64,000 nucleotides of DNA from an uncultured Bacteroidaceae bacterium (GTDB taxonomy: Bacteria > Bacteroidota > Bacteroidia > Bacteroidales > SM23-62), in contig CAVZPP010000002.1 in assembly GCA_963777115.1 (NCBI GenBank), forward strand, positions 456,349 through 520,348. The letters are read 5' to 3'. Both the position numbers and the translations under genes were made by a program. A model generated the notes under the pieces. That model was not told where the DNA came from and made no database searches. It was given only the letters and a program-made list of their open reading frames with translations. Shown here one piece after another: positions 54,165 through 64,000 of this stretch. Every line of letters begins with the position of its first letter. Within the stretch, counting starts at the first letter, position 1.

Positions 54165-55315
54165 TCAGTTATTAAGGTTCTCGATATGCATCCGGTAATA
54201 CTTTTCATACAATGCCTCTTTGAATTCAACTGCTTTTTCTAAACGAGACTCGTATTCTTCTCTTTTTTCCCCTTTCTGTCTTGGCTCAGAAAGTCCGGAT
54301 TCACGCAGCTCATTTTGGAACTCATTGAAATAGTAATATTCTGCATAAAACCTTAGTGAGATCCTATAGACCATTACTGTTCCGTCATTCGAGCATGTAA
54401 TGACATGTTTGCTGTCAGGAAGGAAATCTGCTGCAAAAACTGCTTCTTCATGATCTACAAAGGTGTATATGCAATTACCTGTGGCAACTTCCCATAGTTT
54501 GGCTGTTTTGTCATAAGATGCGCTGATTAGATATTTACCATCCGGGCTGAACCTTGTATAAACTACAGCATAGCTCATGACCGCTGAGGAGTTTATGGAT
54601 AGTCCCTGTTTTCAGTATTCCACAGCTTAAGATTTTTATCCATTGAGGCGGAGGCGAGAAGCATTCCATCCGGACTGAAGTCAACTGAAAGTATATTTTC
54701 ACCATGCGCCGAAATGGTATGAATCACTTCCTGAGTTTCAGCGTCCCAGATTTTCAGCGTCCTGTCCAATGAACCGCTTGCGATCTTCTTATAATCGGGA
54801 CTGTAGGCAGCTGCAAGGCAGGATTTGGTATGACTCTCGAAGGTTCTGATTACCTGTGCTTCCCCACGGTCCCATTCATTAATCTTGTTTTTGAGACTGG
54901 TGCTTAGAAAGCGGGATGCATCCTGGTTAAAATCCAGATTGTATACATGAGTAACATGCTTAACGTATTTTCTGGATCCTCCGTTTTCAAGATCCCAAAC
55001 CCTGATCTCTGTGCTGGCGGCACTGAGCAGGTATTTCCCGTCATTTGAAAAACTGAGGTATTTTACGGGTTTGCTATGGCCTTCCAGGGTAGATTTTATT
55101 TTGCCGCTTGAGGGATCCCAAAGATGGATCAGCATATCTTCTCCTCCTGAGGCAATGGTTTGACCATCAGGATGGACGGAAAGGCTGTAAACAGGACCTT
55201 TATGTCCCTTGAAAGTAATAAGAAGGTCTTTATCTGCCTGGGCCTGGAGTGAATTAACACAAAAGAGGCTGATTATCAGTACAATCAGGAATGAACATCG
55301 CTGAAAATCGCTCAT
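54165..55315 (-). pseudogene. secreted WD40 beta-propeller protein, split by two frame changes
   Basis: Signal peptide, then repeated GH...WD units (GHKGPVYSLSVHPDG...LWD, GHSKPVKYLSFSNDG...VWD, and so on). ORFs 54593-55315 and 54165-54578 join via a short third-frame segment TGTIHKLLSGH. Confidence 0.8.
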
Positions 55316-55334
55316 GTTAAAGGTTTTAGTTTAA

Positions 55335-58052
55335 TTACAACTGTCTTGGCAGGAGGACACTGAATGTGGATCCCTTACCCGGTTTGCTGAAAACTTTTAT
55401 TGTTCCATTATTTTTCTCAGCAAATTCCATGCATAGTACCAGACCCAGTCCCGTTCCTTCTTCATTTGCAGTTCCGGAACGTATTACATTCTCTCCGATT
55501 TGAAAAAGCTTTTCAATCATTTCCTGCGGAATTCCAATACCTGTATCTATCACCTGAATCTCATTCTGAGTCCTGTGTCTTTTCGATATTACCGTAACCT
55601 TACCTCTCGGCCTGGTGAATTTTATCGCATTGGAAACCAGGTTCCGGAGAATTGTGGATACCATGTTTTCATCACCAAACACCAGGGTTCCCGGTTTTAT
55701 CTTGTTGAGCAGGGTTAGATTCTTTTCCATTGCACCGGCCTGATAAAGCTGGAATATTGATTCTATCGTTGCATGAACATCAATGGCTGCTGGCTCATTA
55801 GTAATTCTCCCTGTCTGGGCGCGGGACCAGTTAAGCAGGTTATCCAGAATATTATGGGCCTGCCTTGAGGCTTCATTGATCATTTTAATCAGGGTCAGGA
55901 CCTCTTCCTTATCATAGTTGGAATAGTCCATCAGCAAAAGATCAGAACAGCCAAGGATTGAATTGAAGGGATTTTTTAGATCATGAGCAATAATCGAAAA
56001 AAACTTGTCTTTCGATGCATTGGCCTCGAGGAGCTCACTTTGGGATTCACGTAGGGTTTCCTCAACTCTTCTTCGTTCGGTAATATCCCTGAATACTGCG
56101 AATGTGCCATAGAATTCATCGTCCTTGTACTGTGGATTTGCTGTCACAAGGATTTGTCTGGCCTGGCCTGTTTCCTGCCGGATCTCCATTTCGTAAGTGT
56201 CCCTGTTTCCAGCCCTGCGTCTTTCCGTTTGTTCTTCAAGGAATTTTTTGCCGCTCAGATCCACAAAATCAAAAAGGTACCTACCAACCAGTTTTCCGGA
56301 GGAAACACCAAAGATCTCTTCGGCTTTTGGATTGGCAAAGAGGAATTTGTCTCCAGGATCAACCATACCTATTCCTTCTCCCTGGTTATTGATCAGGAGC
56401 CTGTATTTTTCTTCACTATTATATAATTCCTCCAGGGTGTTTTTATAATCTGTTATATCCCGGGATATACTCGCTACCGCTATCAGTTTGTTTCTGTCAT
56501 CAAATATTGGGAATTTCTTCACCAGGGAATGGATTTTTTTGCCATCCGGGAATACAAATTCCTGTTCATTCACAAGGGTTTCTCCCTTCTTCATGTTCAG
56601 GGCTTTTTGATCATCTTCCATATATTGCCTGACATGCTGAAGATCACCATAAATCTCAAGGTCGGTTTTCCCAATCAGTTCGTCAGTGGACTTAACACCG
56701 GCAGCTTTAAGATTGGCCTTGTTGCTGGCAATGATCTTCAGAGAGGTATCCTTGATAACAGCATGATCATCAACATTTTCAACAATGGCTGCCAGCATGG
56801 TCTTATCATGCTGGGTCTTTTTGCGTTCCGTGATATCCAGTGCTGTACCAATGGAAAGAGAAGCCTTCTTGCGTTCGTCCAGAAGAACAAAGGATCTTAT
56901 CCAAAGCAACTTCTCTTTTCCATCCGGCATGACCACACGGTACTCAAGGTCCAGTCCCTTGCCCTTGGCAATCTTCCGGTACTCCTTTTTTACAAACATG
57001 ACATCATCGGGATGGACTGCTTTCAGGAAGGAGCTGGGATTGTGGTACAGACTGTTGGTGCTTCGACCGTATACCTGGCGGTATTTGGGACTGACATATA
57101 CAAGACGATCTGTATCGAGGTCATGTATCCAGAATACTTCTTCAATGGTATCTACCAGTAAATTGAATATCTCCTGTTGCTTTTTAAGTTCTTTCTCAGC
57201 GGCAGTTTTTACGGTAATGTCATGAGCGATCCCCTCAACCCCAATGATTTTTCCCTCCTCATTATAAACGGGAATCTCAGTATTATTAAAGATCCTGGTT
57301 GAACCGTCCCTGTGGAAAACTTCATTCATGAATGGAGCCTGAATATTTCCTTTCAGGCTCTCAAGCGATGATTTCAAACCCTCCTGGTTCATTTCATGAT
57401 CTGTAAGGAATTCTCTGAAATCACGCATGGCCTCATCCTGGGAATAACCAAGAACCCTGTTAATGGAAGGGCTTATATAAGTGACCATACCCGAAGCGTC
57501 ATGAGCATAAAAAACATATTCGTCACTCAGGCTCTCTACAAGCCTCCTGTATTTTTCTTCGCTTTGCCTTAATGTATCCTCAATTCGTTTTCTATCACTG
57601 ATATCCCTTATGATGGTAAACACATATTTGTCCTGTCCCTGGCTGAAAAGGTGAGAATAAACTTCGGAATAGATTTTTTTTCCTCTTTTCGAAAGAAAGA
57701 TTCTTTCGTATTTAACTGATTCCGGGTTGATTGGGTCTTTTATTGCTTTACTGCCTGGATCAATGGACAGGTCCTGGAAAGAAAGTTTTTGGATTTCTTC
57801 AAGGGAATATTCCAGGTGAATCAGGGCTGCCGGATTGGCAAATATAATCCTGTCCGGTTTCCCATAGCCATCCGATTCAGTCATTAATATCATATCGGCT
57901 GCTTTGCGAAACAACTCACCAAACTGGCCGACATTCCTAAAAACTTCTGGAGTTTCAGTTGATGCTTTTAACTTGTTTTCAAGATCAGCTATCTGCTTCT
58001 CCATCCGATTCCGGATGCTTTCTAATTCTTCATATGTGGGGCGATCACTCAA
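55335..58052 (-). CDS. multi-PAS sensor histidine kinase
   Basis: 905 aa. N-terminal coiled coil, at least 5 PAS/PAC modules (repeated ...DITERK/DISDRK boundaries), HisKA (FSIIAHDLKNP) and HATPase_c (GTGLGLVLC...GKGSTF). Confidence 0.85.
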   Translation of the reverse strand: MSDRPTYEELESIRNRMEKQIADLENKLKASTETPEVFRNVGQFGELFRKAADMILMTESDGYGKPDRIIFANPAALIHLEYSLEEIQKLSFQDLSIDPGSKAIKDPINPESVKYERIFLSKRGKKIYSEVYSHLFSQGQDKYVFTIIRDISDRKRIEDTLRQSEEKYRRLVESLSDEYVFYAHDASGMVTYISPSINRVLGYSQDEAMRDFREFLTDHEMNQEGLKSSLESLKGNIQAPFMNEVFHRDGSTRIFNNTEIPVYNEEGKIIGVEGIAHDITVKTAAEKELKKQQEIFNLLVDTIEEVFWIHDLDTDRLVYVSPKYRQVYGRSTNSLYHNPSSFLKAVHPDDVMFVKKEYRKIAKGKGLDLEYRVVMPDGKEKLLWIRSFVLLDERKKASLSIGTALDITERKKTQHDKTMLAAIVENVDDHAVIKDTSLKIIASNKANLKAAGVKSTDELIGKTDLEIYGDLQHVRQYMEDDQKALNMKKGETLVNEQEFVFPDGKKIHSLVKKFPIFDDRNKLIAVASISRDITDYKNTLEELYNSEEKYRLLINNQGEGIGMVDPGDKFLFANPKAEEIFGVSSGKLVGRYLFDFVDLSGKKFLEEQTERRRAGNRDTYEMEIRQETGQARQILVTANPQYKDDEFYGTFAVFRDITERRRVEETLRESQSELLEANASKDKFFSIIAHDLKNPFNSILGCSDLLLMDYSNYDKEEVLTLIKMINEASRQAHNILDNLLNWSRAQTGRITNEPAAIDVHATIESIFQLYQAGAMEKNLTLLNKIKPGTLVFGDENMVSTILRNLVSNAIKFTRPRGKVTVISKRHRTQNEIQVIDTGIGIPQEMIEKLFQIGENVIRSGTANEEGTGLGLVLCMEFAEKNNGTIKVFSKPGKGSTFSVLLPRQL

Positions 58053-58111
58053 GGTATTAGCTTATCAATGCAAATTTGATAAAATCTTGGAATATACAAG
58101 CATGATTAATC

Positions 58112-58147
58112 AAAAAAGCCTGGCTGTCGGTTAATGACAGCCAGGCT
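58112..58147 (-). terminator. strong rho-independent terminator after the DsrE-like gene
   Basis: On the minus strand, a perfect 12-bp stem AGCCTGGCTGTC / GACAGCCAGGCT with a 7-nt loop followed by T6, 26 nt after the stop at 58173. Confidence 0.8.
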
Positions 58148-58172
58148 TGTAAAGGCTTAATGGTTAGGGAGT

Positions 58173-58640
58173 CTAGTAATCTATTGTTAGTATCTTACCT
58201 TGAGTAAAGTTAAAGAACTTTTTCTTATCCGCAAGAACCACACCCTTCATGAGATCCTCTTCAGAGTATCCGGCAACTTTAAGGCAGGTTGGACATGCCT
58301 GTATAATTACCCCTGCATCTGATAGTTTTTTGATCTGGTCAAGGGAGGATGTAAATCCTTCCATACTGACATCGGGAGCAGCTTTGACAACCAGGTGCAC
58401 TGCTTCTATGTCGAGGTACATAAGCACATCCTTATCGGCAGACATAACTTCAGCCATTTTGAAAGCCATCAGGACCCTGTGGGGATCTTCAGTACCTTTA
58501 GAAAGGTGTATGAAAATACCGTCACTGATAGATCCGGTTTCTACTGCATCCGTGTCATGGTGGTCGGAATGCTCTTCTTTTGGCTGACAGGAAAGAAAGA
58601 TCGTGGCCGGAATTACAAGGGCCAGGATTAGTTTTTTCAT
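58173..58640 (-). CDS. DsrE/DsrF-like family lipoprotein
   Basis: 155 aa. Lipobox (IFLSCQ). The core resembles COG2044 DsrE-like proteins (VLMYLDIEAVHLV...GVIIQACPTCLKVAG). Confidence 0.45.
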   Translation of the reverse strand: MKKLILALVIPATIFLSCQPKEEHSDHHDTDAVETGSISDGIFIHLSKGTEDPHRVLMAFKMAEVMSADKDVLMYLDIEAVHLVVKAAPDVSMEGFTSSLDQIKKLSDAGVIIQACPTCLKVAGYSEEDLMKGVVLADKKKFFNFTQGKILTIDY

Positions 58641-58871
58641 AAGGCATTATTTGGGTTAGAGGTTTTTTCTGACATCTAAATATAATGAAATCATCCCTCC
58701 CAATAAAATCTGCTTACTTCGTTTATCCACAAAATGCCGCCGCAAAATATGGGTATCAATCACCACTGCATTACTATTGAGGAACATTCTTTATGTGGCT
58801 ACTGCCACAGAAAGTCGAGACGAGATAGTGATGCGACTTTTTTGACAATACACGTCAGTAATCAGCAGATT

Positions 58872-59387
58872 TTATTGGTAGGGGTCTGCCAGTAACTTCT
58901 GGTAGATTTCAAGATTCTCCTCGTCGAAAACGCAAAAGATGACCTCTTTGATGGATTTATATTTTTTGAGCCCTTTCCGGACTGCAGTAATGGCTATTCT
59001 GGCAGCAAGTTCTTTTGGGAAACTGTATATGCCCGTACTGATATTGGGAAAGGCAATGGTTTCGAGTTTAATATTATCTGCAATCCGCAATGGATTTGTA
59101 TAGGCACTGCCAAGAAGTCCTTCTTCTCCAAAATCACCTCCCTTCCATACGGGTCCTACTGCATGGATGACAAATTTGCAGGGAAGGTTATAGGCCGATG
59201 TTATTTTGGCCTGACCGATTGGGCATGCTCCCAGTGTGCGGCATTCATTAAGCAATCCTGGTCCTGCAGCCCGGTGAATTGCACCGTCCACACCTCCTCC
59301 TCCAAGGAGGGTGGTATTGGCTGCATTTACGATGGCATCCACCTCCAGGCTTGTAATGTCTCCGTTAATTACATTTATTGTACTCAT
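58872..59387 (-). CDS. ymdB: macro-domain protein (O-acetyl-ADP-ribose deacetylase-like)
   Basis: 171 aa. [34 protein letters not shown] macro-domain signature. Confidence 0.85.
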   Translation of the reverse strand: MSTINVINGDITSLEVDAIVNAANTTLLGGGGVDGAIHRAAGPGLLNECRTLGACPIGQAKITSAYNLPCKFVIHAVGPVWKGGDFGEEGLLGSAYTNPLRIADNIKLETIAFPNISTGIYSFPKELAARIAITAVRKGLKKYKSIKEVIFCVFDEENLEIYQKLLADPYQ

Positions 59388-61828
59388 GATTTGGCTTCTC
59401 TGATCCTGGCATTGATCATTTTCTCCAGATTGGACTGGATTTTGTCCATTATACGGTCAATTTCCTTGTCGGTTAGGGTTTTTTCAGGATTTTGCAGAAT
59501 AAAGCCTACTGCATATGATTTTTTGCCTGCTTCCAGCTTCTCACTTTCATAAACATCGAAGAGGCTTACTGACTTTAAAAGTTTTCTCTCCGAGGTAAGT
59601 GCAATATCACGAATCTGGACAAATTGGATGCTCTTGTCAATGATCATTGAAAGATCCCGGCGTACTTCCGGAAATTTCGGAATCGGTTCAAGTCTGATCT
59701 TTCCCTCACCCACAACATCCATGATGTGGTCCCATACAAAGTCTGCATAAAATATTTCCGAGCCAAGTTCAAATTTTTTCATCAGGGATGCAGACAGCAT
59801 TCCAAATTCCACGAGCTTTTTTCCCTTCAACCAGAAACCCAGTCCATCTCCAAATTCTTCAGATTCCAGATCCCTCGATTCCAGGCTTTGTGTATCTAAT
59901 CCAAGCCTGTTCAGAATATTTTCAACGTAGGTTTTCAACTCATAGAAACTGCCGGGCTGGTCCTTTTCAATCCAATTGCCTTCGTAACGCATACCGGTGA
60001 TAAGTATGGCAAGGTGTTCTTCCTCCTCATAGGTGTCGATGATGTCCGGATTCGACTCCATGGCCATACGGTAACAATTACCGAATTCAAAAAGCCTGAG
60101 GTTTCGTTTTTTTCGGTTGATATTATAAAGAATAGTTTCCAGTCCCCCATAAAGCAAATTCGTCCTCATCCTGTTGAGGTCGGAACTCAGTGGATTGAAC
60201 AATTTTACTGCTTCGGGCTTATCTTCATACCATGTTTCCCCGGTGAGGGAATTGCACATGATCTCATTGAATCCGCTGCTGCTTAGCAAATCAGAAATTA
60301 TCTGAGTAAGTTTTTCCTTATCCGGTTTTTCCAGATGATTCACCTTGGATGTCATTTGCTCTGCAAATCCGATATTGTTATAGCCGTAGATTCTGAGGAT
60401 TTCTTCAATTACATCGGCTTCACGCTGTACATCAACCCTGTACCGGGGAACGATCACCTGAATTCCCTGAGAATTTTGAGAATCGATAATGATATCCAGG
60501 CTTTCCAGAATACCGTGGATGGTTTTGTGGTCAATTTTCTTGCCGATCAGCCGATCCACGTGATCATACTTTACATCCACCCGGAAGGGCTCCAGTTTTG
60601 TCGGATAAACATCGACAATTTCTGAGGAAATATTTCCGCCTGCAATATCCTTTATCATACTTGCACAACGTTTTAACGCATAAATTGTCATTTCGGGGTC
60701 GGCTCCTCTTTCAAAGCGGAAACTTGCATCGGTATTCAGTCCATGTCTTTTTGAAGAGCGTCTGATATAGACCGGATCAAAGTATGCACTTTCAAGAAAA
60801 ATGTTCCTGGTTTCTCCGATCACCCCTGAATTTATCCCCCCGAACACACCTCCAATACACATACCGTCCTGTTCGTCGCATATCATCAGGTCATCCTTTG
60901 AAAGTTTTCTTTCCACCTCATCCAGGGTCTGGAATGGGGTTCCCTCCTTCATGGTTCTGACGATCACAGTTCCTCCTTTGATCTTATCTGCATCAAAGGC
61001 ATGAAGGGGTTGTCCCAGTTCGAAGAGTACGAAATTCGTACTATCCACAATATTATTGATGGGATTTAATCCCAGGCTTAAAAGTCTGTTTTTCAGCCAC
61101 CGAGGAGATTCGTCCACCTTTATTCCACTGATGGTGACTCCGGCATATCTTTTACAGGCTTCTTCGTTTTCTATCCTTACCCCGATTTCCAGGTCCTTAT
61201 TGTCTGTTCTGAAATTTTCTGTTGAGGGTTTTGTAAGTCGGGTCTTTCCGTATTGATTCAGGTAGGCTGCCAGATCCCTTGCCACACCATAATGAGAGGC
61301 CCCATCAACCCTGTTGGGAGTAAGTCCGATTTCATAAATACTATCGGTACTAATATTAAAAAACTCCCGGGCCGGGATCCCGACTTCGGTGTTTTTATCA
61401 AGGACCATAATTCCATCATGGGAATCTCCAAGGCCGATCTCATCTTCAGCACAGATCATTCCTTCCGAAACCTCTCCGCGTATCTTGACCTTTTTAAGAG
61501 TCAGACTCTCATCTCCCATGTAAAGTGTTGTACCAACCGTGGCAACAACCACTTTTTGTCCCTCTGCAACATTGGGCGCTCCGCAGACGATATCCAGATC
61601 CCGGCCGGTACCTATATCGACGGTGCAAACACTTAGTTTATCAGCATTGGGATGCTTATGACAGGTTTTTACTTCCCCGATAAGGCAACCTTTCAGTCCC
61701 CCTCTCACAGTTTCAAATGCTTCCATTCCCTCGACCTCAAGACCGATATTGGTAAGTATTTCACCGAGTTTTTCCGGAGACAAATCTGTGTCAATGTATT
61801 CCTGTAGCCAGTTGTAGGAGATTTTCAT
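59384..61828 (-). CDS. pheT: phenylalanine--tRNA ligase beta subunit
   Basis: 814 aa. [12 protein letters not shown]-terminus, tRNA-binding, B3/4, B5 and FDX-ACB domains in the canonical order. Confidence 0.95.
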   Translation of the reverse strand: MKISYNWLQEYIDTDLSPEKLGEILTNIGLEVEGMEAFETVRGGLKGCLIGEVKTCHKHPNADKLSVCTVDIGTGRDLDIVCGAPNVAEGQKVVVATVGTTLYMGDESLTLKKVKIRGEVSEGMICAEDEIGLGDSHDGIMVLDKNTEVGIPAREFFNISTDSIYEIGLTPNRVDGASHYGVARDLAAYLNQYGKTRLTKPSTENFRTDNKDLEIGVRIENEEACKRYAGVTISGIKVDESPRWLKNRLLSLGLNPINNIVDSTNFVLFELGQPLHAFDADKIKGGTVIVRTMKEGTPFQTLDEVERKLSKDDLMICDEQDGMCIGGVFGGINSGVIGETRNIFLESAYFDPVYIRRSSKRHGLNTDASFRFERGADPEMTIYALKRCASMIKDIAGGNISSEIVDVYPTKLEPFRVDVKYDHVDRLIGKKIDHKTIHGILESLDIIIDSQNSQGIQVIVPRYRVDVQREADVIEEILRIYGYNNIGFAEQMTSKVNHLEKPDKEKLTQIISDLLSSSGFNEIMCNSLTGETWYEDKPEAVKLFNPLSSDLNRMRTNLLYGGLETILYNINRKKRNLRLFEFGNCYRMAMESNPDIIDTYEEEEHLAILITGMRYEGNWIEKDQPGSFYELKTYVENILNRLGLDTQSLESRDLESEEFGDGLGFWLKGKKLVEFGMLSASLMKKFELGSEIFYADFVWDHIMDVVGEGKIRLEPIPKFPEVRRDLSMIIDKSIQFVQIRDIALTSERKLLKSVSLFDVYESEKLEAGKKSYAVGFILQNPEKTLTDKEIDRIMDKIQSNLEKMINARIREAKS

Positions 61829-61949
61829 GAAAGACTGATTGGGTAAATAAGTTCCTGCAAAAGTAGAAAAAAAAACCTAGCCTTCCATTTACAATATTAT
61901 CTTTGTAGGCTGTTAATTGGAACATGAATTATTATGGTTTGATAAGCTT

Positions 61950-62729
61950 ATGAATAAGGAGCGTTTGATACTGGTAACGAATGATGATGGGATTCATGCA
62001 AGGGGACTGGAGGCTTTGATTGAGGTCGTTCGTCCTTACGGCAAGGTATTTGTCATTGCTCCTGAAGAAGGGCAGTCCGGCATGTCCCACGCAATTACCG
62101 TCAAGACTCCCATCCGTGTCAGGAAGGTTCATGAGGAAAAAGGACTGGTGAAATACAGCAGTAACGGGACACCGGTGGACTGTGTAAAGCTGGCTGTAAA
62201 TAAATTACTTGATAGGAAACCCGACCTGATCGTGTCCGGAATAAATCATGGTTCCAACTCATCAGCCAGCGTCATTTATTCGGGCACAATGGCTGCGGCT
62301 ATTGAGGGATGCATCAACGGAATTCCCTCAATCGGATTTTCACTGCTGGACTATTCCCCCGATGCAAATTTTTCTTCCATCCATAAATATGTAATAGAAA
62401 TAATGGAGATAGCCCTGGAAAAAGGAATTCCGGAAGGTATCTGCCTGAATGTAAATTTCCCGGTAAATACTTACCATAAAATAAAGGGGATCAGGGTATG
62501 CAAGCAAAGCAGGGGCGTATGGAGAGAGGAGTTTGATCAGAGGACAGATCCCCAGAACAGGGATTATTACTGGCTTACCGGGGAGTTTCATAACCTGGAT
62601 CCGGATTCACCCGATACTGATGAATGGGCCCTGAATAATAATTTTATCAGCATTGTCCCAGTACACACCGATCTCACCTCATACACTGCCCTGGAAATAA
62701 TGAAGGACTGGGATATTGAAACAGGATAG
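61950..62729 (+). CDS. surE: 5'/3'-nucleotidase SurE
   Basis: ILVTNDDGIHARG...GINHGSN motifs. The ATG at 61950 is preferred over the TTG-extended ORF start at 61917. Confidence 0.9.
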   Translation: MNKERLILVTNDDGIHARGLEALIEVVRPYGKVFVIAPEEGQSGMSHAITVKTPIRVRKVHEEKGLVKYSSNGTPVDCVKLAVNKLLDRKPDLIVSGINHGSNSSASVIYSGTMAAAIEGCINGIPSIGFSLLDYSPDANFSSIHKYVIEIMEIALEKGIPEGICLNVNFPVNTYHKIKGIRVCKQSRGVWREEFDQRTDPQNRDYYWLTGEFHNLDPDSPDTDEWALNNNFISIVPVHTDLTSYTALEIMKDWDIETG

Positions 62730-62788
62730 AATCCCTTGAAGATTGGAGATAATATTTGTAGAGGAATAGTATATGATATCTGTTAAGA

Positions 62789-63094
62789 ATGGAAATGAAA
62801 TCTGACGAAAAATATAATACTGTTCACATTGGACTTTTACTCGGAATAATTTCGCCTTTAATTGGATTCCTGGTTATTTACCTGGTAGCCTTCCGGGGAA
62901 TGAGTTTTTCGGAATATGTTCAACTGCTTATTTATAATGGGAAGTTGAGCTCTATAATAAGTCTTAGTGTAATCCCGAACCTCCTCCTGTTTTTTATTTT
63001 CATCTGGCTGAATTATCTTTATTCGGCAAGGGGAGTTCTGGCATCAACTCTGCTTTTCGCCCTGGTGGTAGTAATTACTAAATTTCTTATCTAA
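62789..63094 (+). CDS. small membrane protein, unknown function
   Basis: 101 aa with 3 hydrophobic helices, lying between surE and lpxB. Confidence 0.45.
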   Translation: MEMKSDEKYNTVHIGLLLGIISPLIGFLVIYLVAFRGMSFSEYVQLLIYNGKLSSIISLSVIPNLLLFFIFIWLNYLYSARGVLASTLLFALVVVITKFLI

Positions 63095-63110
63095 GCATTA
63101 TTTTCAAATT

Positions 63111-64000
63111 ATGAAGTACTATCTGATCGCAGGGGAAGCTTCAGGTGACCTTCATGGCAGCAAGCTAATGAAGGGCTTGAAGGGATCGGATCCGGAGGCG
63201 GAATTCCGGTATTTCGGGGGAGACCTGATGGCAGCTGAAGGGGGAAACCTCGTACAGCATTACCGGCAAACTGCGGTTATGGGACTCTTCAAGGTGATAT
63301 CCAACCTGGGGAAAATCTCCAGGAACCTCAGAAACTGTAAACAGGATATTCAGGATTATAATCCCGATGTTATTATTCTGATTGATTATTCGGGCTTTAA
63401 CCTGCGGATAGCCAAATGGGCAAAACCGGAAGGATTCAGGATTGTCTACTATATCTCACCCAAGGTCTGGGTATGGAATACGAAGAGGGTACACACCATT
63501 AAGAAGAATGTTGACAGGATGTATGTCATTCTCCCCTTTGAAGTGGAATTTTTCCGTAAATATGATTACCCGGTTGAATATGTTGGTAATCCGATTCTGG
63601 ATGCTGTGGAAGAAAGGACTTCAGAGCCTGAACCGCGTCAGGAATTCCTTAGCAGAAACGGACTGGAGGATAGGTCCATCGTTGCCCTACTGGCCGGAAG
63701 CAGGAGGGAGGAGATTAGTCATTGCCTGCCTGAAATGCTGGCGGTTGTAAAGGAATTTCCGGATCATCAGTTTGTAATAGCCGGGGCACCGGGAATTTCA
63801 CCTGATTATTATAATCAATACATGGCCGGATCATCAGTCTCAATTATTTTTGACCAGACCTATGAACTATTGAGTCAAGCTGAAGCAGCGGTTGTAACAT
63901 CGGGTACCGCCACCCTTGAGACGGCTCTTTTTGAGGTTCCTGAGGCCGTGGTCTACAAGATGAGCAAGCTGACATACTATATTGGTAAACAATTTGTAAA
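63111..64000 (+). CDS. lpxB: lipid-A-disaccharide synthase, 5' part (runs off the right edge)
   Basis: Hand translation from the ATG at 63111 stays open to the window end: MKYYLIAGEASGDLHGSKLMKGL...YYISPKVWVWNTKR...GTATLETALFEVP. Not in the ORF track because there is no stop in the window. Confidence 0.9.
   Translation, partial: MKYYLIAGEASGDLHGSKLMKGLKGSDPEAEFRYFGGDLMAAEGGNLVQHYRQTAVMGLFKVISNLGKISRNLRNCKQDIQDYNPDVIILIDYSGFNLRIAKWAKPEGFRIVYYISPKVWVWNTKRVHTIKKNVDRMYVILPFEVEFFRKYDYPVEYVGNPILDAVEERTSEPEPRQEFLSRNGLEDRSIVALLAGSRREEISHCLPEMLAVVKEFPDHQFVIAGAPGISPDYYNQYMAGSSVSIIFDQTYELLSQAEAAVVTSGTATLETALFEVPEAVVYKMSKLTYYIGKQFV

Noticed and set aside
4509-55315. Interpreting the split genes as programmed ribosomal frameshifts or as a set of genuine pseudogenes
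   Set aside because: There are no slippery heptamer plus structure signals. The breaks occur in both directions, in unrelated genes, mostly beside short homopolymers, with no secondary decay. Sequencing or assembly indels are the most economical explanation pending read-level checks.
56529-57161. 210-aa and 146-aa plus-strand ORFs inside the histidine kinase gene
   Set aside because: They are antisense to a continuous 905-aa PAS/HisKA/HATPase ORF, and the sequence is low-complexity.
58794-58843. Two plus-strand hairpins (TGTGGC-TACT-GCCACA, and AGTCG...CGACT followed by T6) in the 231-bp gap between the macro-domain and DsrE-like genes, a possible small RNA or terminator
   Set aside because: Both flanking genes are on the minus strand. 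The second stem is only 5 bp with a 15-nt loop. There is no promoter or conserved structure I can support, so I leave it unannotated.
63442-63750. 102-aa plus-strand ORF near the right edge
   Set aside because: It is out of frame within lpxB, whose frame I translated by hand from 63111 to the window end with canonical LpxB motifs.

Overview
This 64-kb window looks like it comes from an anaerobic member of the Bacteroidota. The clues are TAnnTTTG-type -7 boxes, the surE-lpxB and yicC-gmk-nadD neighbourhoods, and OMP/lipoprotein signal peptides. Nearly all of it is coding. I saw no rRNA, tRNA, CRISPR array or transposase.

The left two thirds form a nickel/hydrogen/redox neighbourhood:
- nikR plus a His-rich Ni/Co transporter (0.2-1.4 kb).
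- A rex-hoxF-hoxU-hoxY-hoxH-hoxW operon for an NAD-linked, group-3d-like [NiFe] hydrogenase (6.8-12.5 kb).
- A very tight nine-gene operon (13.3-23.6 kb). It combines an Mvh-type (group-3c-like) [NiFe] hydrogenase (mvhD, mvhG, mvhA, endopeptidase) with two HdrA-like flavoproteins and a QmoC-like membrane FeS/cytochrome-b-type subunit, but has no HdrB/HdrC. It ends in a Cys-rich ORF and an SDR-fusion protein, and a second rex paralogue is transcribed divergently from it.
- hypF, hypA and hypB (26.6-30.8 kb).
- A higBA-like toxin-antitoxin pair, then metA.
- An operon for an ADP-forming acyl-CoA synthetase, an aminotransferase and a four-subunit 2-oxoacid:ferredoxin oxidoreductase (34.9-41.2 kb).

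The right third is mostly housekeeping or accessory: sulfatase, porin-like OMP, Na+/solute symporter with its small subunit, nadD, gmk, yicC, a MATE exporter, tryptophanase, a WD40 protein, a multi-PAS histidine kinase, a macro-domain protein, pheT, surE and the start of lpxB.

The best candidate for something new is the Mvh/HdrA/QmoC-like operon with its two uncharacterised tail genes.

An important caveat applies. At least ten single-nucleotide frame disruptions, mostly at short homopolymer runs, split six otherwise clearly recognisable genes: miaB, hypF, hypB, the acyl-CoA synthetase, a DUF6807/PmoA-like gene and the WD40 gene. The assembly is therefore probably indel-prone, and apparent pseudogenes should not be taken at face value.
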